Part shown: piece by piece, positions 25,083 through 30,822 of the stretch
Layout: each line of letters starts with the position of its first letter
Position numbering within the stretch: the first letter of the stretch is position 1
Origin: an uncultured Acidobacteriota bacterium
Lineage (GTDB): Bacteria; Acidobacteriota; Vicinamibacteria; Marinacidobacterales; SMYC01
DNA length: 30,822 nt
Direction: 5' to 3'
Assembly (NCBI GenBank): GCA_947259165.1
Contig: CAMYKY010000062.1
Location: 1 to 30,822 of the forward strand
Notes under the pieces: model-generated
Databases searched by the model: none
Seen by the model: only the letters and a program-made list of their open reading frames with translations
What the model was told of the DNA's origin: nothing
Position numbers and translations under genes: made by a program

Positions 25083-25400
25083 TTAAGTCAATTCGTTCTT
25101 GACGAGCTCGACTTTCTCGAGTCGCTCGATGCGCATGACGAGGCCTTCGTCCGGGTCGGGGCACACGACGGTGCTATCGGAAGCGAGCCAGTCGTTCTCA
25201 TCGAGCTCGCGCTGCTTCGCGGCCAGAAGCGGCAACACCGCGCCGAGGGCGTAGATGCAAAAATGCCGACCCTCGGGAAGAATGAGCTGGGCGCTATTGC
25301 GAAGCTCGAACCAATCTCCGACCTTCATACCGCACACCGATCTGCCGCGAATCTCGGTCACCGTAACCCGAAGGTTATAGAGCGAAAAGGAGCTGGTCAT
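25083..25400 (-). CDS. small (105 aa) Cys/His-containing protein of unknown function, co-transcribed with LLM oxidoreductase
   Basis: AGAGG 10 nt upstream of the ATG, and the gene abuts the LLM start with no gap. Conserved-looking C..H..C...C spacing. It may belong to a TIGR04076-like small-protein family, but I cannot verify this. Confidence 0.45.
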   Translation of the reverse strand: MTSSFSLYNLRVTVTEIRGRSVCGMKVGDWFELRNSAQLILPEGRHFCIYALGAVLPLLAAKQRELDENDWLASDSTVVCPDPDEGLVMRIERLEKVELVKNELT

Positions 25401-25464
25401 GGGTGAAGACCTCTAAGACGAGACTGGGGGAGGAGCCGCTAAGAAGCACATCGCTACCGACCCT

Positions 25465-25559
25465 CGTGCCCGTGTCCGCATGCGTGCTCGAAAAACCTCC
25501 AGAAAACGCATGGATCCGTCGAGGAATCGGGCACGGGCACGCACGCGGGCACGGGCACG
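25465..25559. repeat. GGGCAC-repeat palindromic element, copy B
   Basis: The right arm CGGGCACGGGCACGCACGCGGGCACGGGCACG (25528-25559) is identical 32/32 to copy A. The loop AAAAACCTCCAGAAAACGCATGGATCCGTCGAGGAAT is ~75% identical to copy A, and the left arm CGTGCCCGTGTCCGCATGCGTGCTCG has diverged. It lies between the methyltransferase stop and the small-protein/LLM operon start. Confidence 0.7.
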
Positions 25560-25587
25560 ATTTCCGTTGCCTTTGACGGAAGAGACA

Positions 25588-26376
25588 TTAAACAGCTGCT
25601 TTCCTGCAGAAGGCCATCAGGTGCCATCCCAGGGGGCGGACCCAGGATTTTGGCAGGGTGTTGAATGTCCCGACGAACACGTTGTTGAAGGCGAAGCCTT
25701 TCCAGCCGCCGTGGAGGCGCGATTTCACCGGGAAACGCTCCGGCACGATGCGGACGTCGTCAAAGACGGAAAGGAGAGCGCGGTACTCGGCGATCGAGTA
25801 CTTTTTCAGCACGGGCGCGTCCTCGTGTTCGAGCTCGACGTGCATGAGCTTCGACAGGCCGTTGAGCCAGGATATCCGGTTGTAGACCATGAAGATGGCG
25901 ACTCCGTTATTGCGCACAACACGCCGACATTCCGCGATCATCTTGTCGGCAGCGGCAGTGTATTGGAGCACGCCATGGCCGTAGACGACGTCGAACGAGT
26001 CGTCCTCGAACGGTAGAGCTTCACCGTTGGCGAGCTCGAGATTCATGCTGACCCCGGCGTGGCGCGCGTTTTTGTCCGCGAGTGCCAAAGCCGTCTCGGA
26101 GATGTCGACGCCGGTGACGTCCGCACCCCCTTTGGCGAAACGGACGAGATCGGTACCGATACCGCAGCCGACCTCGAGGAGTTTCTTTCCTGAGTAGCCA
26201 TTGAAGTCGACGACGTTCGGTAGATAGCGAAGTTTGTCGAATCGGTACTCGTCGAGGTCCGCAAAAAACTCGGCCGTTCCCGGCGCATGCGGGGTCATCT
26301 CCAAGTCGTGGATGCGCTCGTTCCAGTAGTGCTGGACCTGTCCGAGCAGGCTGTCGGCATCGACCCCAGTTTCCAT
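25588..26376 (-). CDS. class I SAM-dependent methyltransferase
   Basis: Motif I LLEVGCGIGTDL, the acidic loop DISETAL and motif post-I DVVYGHGVLQY. 262 aa. Confidence 0.8.
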   Translation of the reverse strand: METGVDADSLLGQVQHYWNERIHDLEMTPHAPGTAEFFADLDEYRFDKLRYLPNVVDFNGYSGKKLLEVGCGIGTDLVRFAKGGADVTGVDISETALALADKNARHAGVSMNLELANGEALPFEDDSFDVVYGHGVLQYTAAADKMIAECRRVVRNNGVAIFMVYNRISWLNGLSKLMHVELEHEDAPVLKKYSIAEYRALLSVFDDVRIVPERFPVKSRLHGGWKGFAFNNVFVGTFNTLPKSWVRPLGWHLMAFCRKAAV

Positions 26377-26409
26377 TTCGCTTGAGCTCTCGTCGACTCT
26401 CTTTCGTGG

Positions 26410-27792
26410 GTGCGAGCCGCTATTATAGTGCGAATGAAACGCGACATCCCCGCGCTGGCACAGCGTGAGTTCGACCTCGTGGTTGTCGGCGCGGGAGTTT
26501 ATGGTGCCGCGACCGCCTGGGACGCATCGCTTCGCGGGTTATCGGTCGCGCTCATCGACAAGGGCGACTTCGGAAGCGGCACGTCGTTCAATAACCTCAA
26601 GACGATTCATGGCGGGCTCCGCTATCTTCAACACGCCGACTTCGCCCGCATGCGGGAGTCGGTGCGGGAGCGCCGCAATCTGATGCGGATCGCGCCCCAT
26701 CTCGTCCATCCTCTTCCGTTTCTCGTGCCGACCTACCGCGGGAGTTTCGTGAAGAGCCGAACGGTCATGCGTGCGGCGTTGTGGATGAACGATCTCGTGA
26801 GCTGGGACCGTAACCGTATCGCTGATCGTCAGAAACACCTGCCGGCGGGCAGGGCGTTGAGCCGCGCTGAATGTCTCAGGCGCGCGCCTGGACTCGATTC
26901 GCGGAATCTCACGGGAGCTGTTGTTTGGCACGATGCCCAGATGCACAACTCGGATCGTCTGACGCTATCGTTCGTGCTTTCGGCGGCCGAGCAAGGTGCT
27001 GTAGTCGCGAATTTCGTCGAGGCGACGGAGTTGATCCGCGCCGACACGCGTGTCGTCGGCGTGCGGGCTCGAGATGTCGTTTCCAACGAGGACGGCGTCG
27101 AAGTCCGTGCGAAGCTGGTTGTGAATGCGTCGGGACCTTGGGTCGATAGTCTCGCGGATTCCCGGCGTCGCTTATTCCATTTTTCGAAGGCGTTGAACCT
27201 GGTGACGCGACGAATCGATAGCGATATCGCCATCGGCGTGACGAGCCGGCGACCGCACCGAGACCGTGACGCGCTGATCGACACGGGCGGTCGCTTCCTC
27301 TGTTTGATCCCGTGGCGCGACGTGACCATGATCGGGACGGCCCACGCGCCGTATACCGGCACCGCCGATGATCTCGAGGTGACCGAACAAGACATTCAGG
27401 ATCTGCTCGACGATGTCAACGAAGCGTACCCCAAGGCGAAGCTCGTTCGGCAGGACGTGCGTCTCGTTCATCGAGGCCTGCTACCCAGGGCATCTGAGGG
27501 GGGAAATGGTAGCGGGGTCACGTTGCTCAAGAGCTATCGCCTCGACGACCACGTCGAGGGACTCCTGTCGATCGTGGGCGTGAAGTATACGACGGCACGC
27601 GACGTCGCCGAAAAGGCCGTCGACCGCGCCATGGCGCTCATCGGAAAAACACCGGTGGCCTCCCGCTCGGCCGAGACGCCCGTGGTCGGCGGAGACATAG
27701 AGAGCTTCGATGACTTCCTCGCCGGGGCTCACGGCGATGCGCCAAGCGATGTCCTGCGTCATCTCGTCTACACGTATGGGAGCCGCTATCCC
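26410..27792 (+). CDS. GlpD/GlpA-family FAD-dependent glycerol-3-phosphate dehydrogenase-like oxidoreductase, apparently 3'-disrupted
   Basis: FDLVVVGAGVYGAATAWDASLRGLSVALIDKGDFGSGTSFNNLKTIHGGLRYL is the diagnostic GlpD N-terminus. There is no RBS, and GTG 26410 or ATG 26434 could be the start. About 460 aa of plausible protein run up to ..RHLVYTYGSRYPVI. Beyond that the frame degenerates into Ser/Arg low-complexity sequence with no nearby stop, reading antisense through the ABC permease gene. Confidence 0.65.
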
Positions 27793-28067
27793 GTGATCTG
27801 CTCGATCCCTACTTCGAGCTCCTGGTCGAGCTGCTGCGAGAGGAGCCTGCCTACACCTTCGGCGAGGACCAGGAGATCTACGACAAGCTGTTCGAGCTCG
27901 GCATCGCCAACTGGTCGAAGGCGACGGACATCACCTTTCCCCAGGACCTCGTCTTCATCGACCGTTCCCTGGGCGGCCACTTCGGCAACCTCGCTCGCCT
28001 CCGCGCCACCGGCCCGTGGCGGCGGTTGGTGCGCTACTACGCCGAGGCGGCGCTGGCCCAGGCCTAG
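27783..28067 (+). pseudogene. orphan C-terminal coding fragment in a different frame and codon regime (..DLLDPYFELLVELLREEPAYTFGEDQEIYDKLFELGIANWSKATDITFPQDLVFIDRSLGGHFGNLARLRATGPWRRLVRYYAEAALAQA*)
   Basis: Protein-like translation with GC3 near 90% begins exactly where the GlpD-like frame degenerates. Upstream the same frame is Arg-rich junk following a TGA at 27711. It ends at TAG 28065-28067. Confidence 0.3.
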
Positions 28068-28098
28068 GGCCTCGCAGTCGTGTGCGGCCGGCGCATGC

Positions 28099-29457
28099 TC
28101 AGGCGTAGCGCATCCACCGCCAGAGCTCCTTCAACGTCGGCTTCTTGCCGTACATCAGGATCCCCGTGCGGTAGACCCGGGCCGAGAGCCAGATCATGCC
28201 GAGGGTGAAAGCGGTGGTCAGCAGATAGCCCAGGGCGACCTGCCAGAACGGTGGCGTCTTGATGGCGATGCGCAGCATCATCAGGAGCGGCGTGAAGAAC
28301 GGGATCAGCGAGGCGACTACCGAGACGGTCGAGTCGGGGTCGTTGATCACCATCCAGAAGAAAAGCACCGGCGCCACCAGGAAGATGACGATGAAGCCGG
28401 CCCACTGCTGCGCCTCCTGGACGTTGTTGAAGGCCGAGCCGATGGCGGCGTAGACGGTGGAGAAGACGAAGAAGCCGAGCAGGAAGAGCAGCACGAAGTG
28501 CACGATCAGCCCGGCCGAGATGGACGGCACGTCGACGTCCTCGGGGATCCAGGCCATGGCCGAGACGACGCCCGGCAGGGTGAAGGCCACCATGGTGCCC
28601 AGCCAGACCGCCAGCTGGGTGAGGGCGGCGCAGCAGATGCCGAGCAGCTTGCCCATCAGCAGCTCGAACGGCCGCACCGTCGAGACCACCACCTCGACGA
28701 TGCGCGACGACTTCTCCTCGATGACGCCGTTCATCACCTGCTGGCCGTAGAAGACCAGCACCATGTAGAGCAGAAAGAACAGGGCGTAGGCGAGGATCAG
28801 ACCGGCCTCGGCGCCTTCCTCCTCGCCGCCCTCCTCGGTGATGCGGAAGGTGGTCATGCGCACCCGGCGGGCGAGCTCGCGGATCTGCTCCGGGTCGAGC
28901 CCGGCATTGCGGTAGCGGTGCTCGCGGGCGACCGCCGTCAAGGCATCCTGCAGCCGGTCCTGGGTGATGAAGTTCGACACGCTCGCGGCGTGGTACTCGA
29001 CGCGGCTCGACTCCAGGGCGTCGCCGGCGATCCAGATCCAGGCGTCGAGCTCGCCCTCGAGGACGCGGCGGTTGAGCTCGGCCTGCTGCGCCTCGGGGTC
29101 CGCCGCCGCCGGCTCAACGGTCACCTCGAAACGGGCCGCTTCGAGCTGCCGCTCGAGCTGCTGCTCGAAGCCCTCGGTGCCGGGCTCAGCCTCGGCCTTG
29201 CCGGCCGTCAGCGCTGCGGGCGCCGCCGCTTCCGGCGCCGGCGCCAGCCGCGTCGCCAGCTCCGCGCCCAGCTCGCCGGTCCGATCGACCACCGCCACCC
29301 GGTGGGCCGAGACCGACTTGAACAGGAACAGCGTCGGCAGGATGCCGATGGCGGCGAGGAACAGCGGCAGCACGATGGTCGCCAGCCAGAAACCGAGCGA
29401 CTTCACCCGCGCGAGGTACTCGCGTTGCGCGACGACGAACGCCTGTCTAACGCGCAT
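28099..29457 (-). CDS. ABC-2 family transporter permease
   Basis: 452 aa with an N-terminal TM helix, a large extracytoplasmic loop and then 5 clustered TM helices, the typical ABC-2 exporter permease topology. It overlaps the upstream ATPase gene by 11 bp. Confidence 0.7.
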   Translation of the reverse strand: MRVRQAFVVAQREYLARVKSLGFWLATIVLPLFLAAIGILPTLFLFKSVSAHRVAVVDRTGELGAELATRLAPAPEAAAPAALTAGKAEAEPGTEGFEQQLERQLEAARFEVTVEPAAADPEAQQAELNRRVLEGELDAWIWIAGDALESSRVEYHAASVSNFITQDRLQDALTAVAREHRYRNAGLDPEQIRELARRVRMTTFRITEEGGEEEGAEAGLILAYALFFLLYMVLVFYGQQVMNGVIEEKSSRIVEVVVSTVRPFELLMGKLLGICCAALTQLAVWLGTMVAFTLPGVVSAMAWIPEDVDVPSISAGLIVHFVLLFLLGFFVFSTVYAAIGSAFNNVQEAQQWAGFIVIFLVAPVLFFWMVINDPDSTVSVVASLIPFFTPLLMMLRIAIKTPPFWQVALGYLLTTAFTLGMIWLSARVYRTGILMYGKKPTLKELWRWMRYA

Positions 29458-30388
29458 GGCGCTCCTCGCCGGCCGCGCCGCCGGTCCGTTCCGAGTCTCC
29501 TACCGCCTGGATGAAGATCTCCTCCAGCTCCGGCTCCTCGGAGCGGAACTCGTGCACGGTGACGGCTTCGAGCAGTCGCGGCAACACCTCGGCTCCGCTG
29601 GCGTCGTCCTCGAGCAGCAGCCTGGCGCCGTCGTCCTGGGCGATGGCCCGGGCCACGCCGGGCACGGCGGCCAGGCGGTCCAGGTTGCCACTGGCCACCA
29701 GCCGATAGGAGTTGCCGCCAAAGCGGCGCTTGATCGCCTTGAGCTCGCCGGCCAGCACCACCCGGCCGCGCGAGATGAGGCAGATCCGGTCGCACAGCTT
29801 GTCGGCCTGCTCCATGATGTGGGTGGAGAACAGCACCGCCCTGCCGTCGCGCCGGTATTCCGCCAGAAGGTCCTTGAACAAGCCCTGGTTGATCGGGTCG
29901 AGACCGGAGAACGGCTCGTCGAGGACCAGCAGGTCCGGCTTGTGGAGCACCGTGCCAACCAGCTGGATCTTCTGCTGCATGCCCTTCGAAAGCTCCTCGA
30001 CCTTCTTGCCGGCCCACTCCGATAGCTCGACCTTGTCCAGCCACTCCTCGATGGCGGGCACCATCCGGCGCTTCTTGGCGCCGTGCAGCCGGCCGAGGAA
30101 GACCAGGTGATCGGTGACCGTCATCTTGCGGTAGAGGCCGCGCTCCTCCGGCAGATAGCCCACCCGCAGCAGATCGTCGCGCTGGCGCGGGCGACCGAAG
30201 AACCGCACCTCGCCGGCATCCGGCGCGATGATGTCCATGATCATGCGGATGCTGGTCGTCTTGCCGGCCCCGTTGGGGCCCAGCAGGCCACAGATCGAGC
30301 CCGGTTCGACGGTCAGCGAGACCCCGTCGACGGCCCTGAAGTCGCCGTAGCTCTTGCGCACGGCGTCGAGTTCGAGCAGTGGGGTCAT
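29447..30388 (-). CDS. ABC transporter ATP-binding protein
   Basis: Walker A GPNGAGKTT, ABC signature LSKGMQQK, Walker B LLVLDEPFSGLD and an H-loop STHIM. Confidence 0.9.
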   Translation of the reverse strand: MTPLLELDAVRKSYGDFRAVDGVSLTVEPGSICGLLGPNGAGKTTSIRMIMDIIAPDAGEVRFFGRPRQRDDLLRVGYLPEERGLYRKMTVTDHLVFLGRLHGAKKRRMVPAIEEWLDKVELSEWAGKKVEELSKGMQQKIQLVGTVLHKPDLLVLDEPFSGLDPINQGLFKDLLAEYRRDGRAVLFSTHIMEQADKLCDRICLISRGRVVLAGELKAIKRRFGGNSYRLVASGNLDRLAAVPGVARAIAQDDGARLLLEDDASGAEVLPRLLEAVTVHEFRSEEPELEEIFIQAVGDSERTGGAAGEERHAR

Positions 30389-30519
30389 GGGCAGAGGTCG
30401 CGCGTACGGTCAGCCGCATCTTAGCGGGCCGCGACGCGTAGATTGCGGCAGTGCGAGGAGTGATCGGCTGAGGGATAATGCCTTTCCTCTGTGCGGCGGC
30501 CGCTTTTCCTCGACAGAAC

Positions 30520-30822
30520 GATGACCAGGCGAGCGATCGGAATTGGAGCGGCCGCCTGGCTGGCCTGGGCGGCGTTGGCCTGGGCCGCGGTCGAGGGTCG
30601 GGTGGTCAGTCGGCGCGGCACGGCGGTGGAGCACGCCCGGGTGGAGATGCCGGCCGGTGGCGTAGCGGTCTTCAGCGGCCCCGCCGGCACGTTCCGATTT
30701 CCGGAGACCGTGTCACCGCCGGCGCCGGTCGAGCTGGTGGTCAGCCACCCGCGCTTTGCCACCCGCACGGTGGCGGTGACGGAGGCCGGCCCGATCGAGA
30801 TCGTGCTGGCGGCCAAGCAGGA
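30520..30822 (+). CDS. 5' part of a secreted protein (signal peptide, then beta-rich domain), truncated by window end
   Basis: ATG at 30520. MTRRAIGIGAAAWLAWAALAWAAVEG has signal-peptide character (basic N-region, Ala/Leu/Trp core, AxA-like site). The frame stays open to the window edge with high GC3. It is absent from the ORF track because there is no stop in the window. Confidence 0.35.

Noticed and set aside
27793-29514. Continuation of the 1034-aa track ORF (26410-29514) beyond the GlpD-like domain
   Set aside because: After about 27790 the translation is Ser/Arg/Pro/Gly junk and runs antisense through a well-supported ABC-2 permease gene. It is treated as a disrupted GlpD-like gene plus a spurious open frame.
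30421-30816. 131-aa minus-strand ORF at the window end
   Set aside because: Ala/Thr/Pro-rich featureless translation. The plus strand over the same DNA starts with a convincing signal peptide from the ATG at 30520.
1-30822. tRNA, rRNA or tmRNA genes
   Set aside because: Visual scan found no T-arm-like GGTTCGAATCC or GTTCRANYC motifs in a cloverleaf context and no rRNA-like conserved blocks. None are called. tRNAscan-SE or Infernal should confirm.

Overview
This 30.8-kb window is high-GC bacterial chromosomal DNA, apparently a single replicon with no rRNA, tRNA or CRISPR detectable by eye. I call about 27 protein-coding genes. The ORF track also contains many long antisense ORFs, which are typical of high-GC DNA and which I rejected.

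The dominant feature is a tightly packed, co-directional six-gene cluster on the minus strand (219..11846):
- an NfeD/YuaF-like membrane protein;
- a flotillin (SPFH);
- a giant 1798-aa protein with an internal AAA_5 (MoxR/dynein-like) ATPase module;
- PspA/IM30;
- a classical-clade AAA ATPase;
- a YkgJ-type CxxCxxCC protein.

The cluster begins with the canonical NfeD-flotillin pair and contains a PspA followed directly by a classical AAA ATPase (ESCRT-III/Vps4-like logic). A very large AAA+ protein sits between these two modules. I consider this the candidate novel membrane-remodelling or membrane-repair system.

The remaining genes are:
- leuB, behind a long leader that carries a consensus sigma70-like promoter, a Leu/Ile/Val codon run and a UUCG hairpin;
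- a TerB-like protein;
- an ECF sigma factor with a zinc-finger anti-sigma factor of unusual architecture (beta-helical bactofilin-like repeats plus polytopic membrane segments);
- a VOC / HTH-WYL regulator / transglutaminase-like trio;
- a small protein + PilZ pair;
- a PDZ alpha/beta-hydrolase;
- a HEAT-repeat protein;
- an SSF transporter;
- an LLM flavin oxidoreductase, a small Cys/His protein and a SAM methyltransferase;
- a GlpD-like FAD oxidoreductase whose 3' end is disrupted exactly where base composition jumps from about 60% to about 70% GC;
- in the very-high-GC3 terminal block, an ABC-2 exporter and the start of a secreted protein.

Several non-coding elements recur in intergenic DNA and are not explained by the genes:
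- a family of CGCAAAG-heptad palindromic elements (upstream of pspA, upstream of the SSF transporter, and a fragment downstream of leuB);
- a ~100-bp GGGCAC-repeat hairpin element present twice with 32/32-identical right arms, in the ECF sigma promoter region and the LLM operon promoter region;
- a ~200-bp unit bounded by 28-bp terminal inverted repeats;
- a GGTTATCGG triple repeat;
- a perfect 7 x 12-bp in-frame tandem repeat inside the NfeD-like gene.
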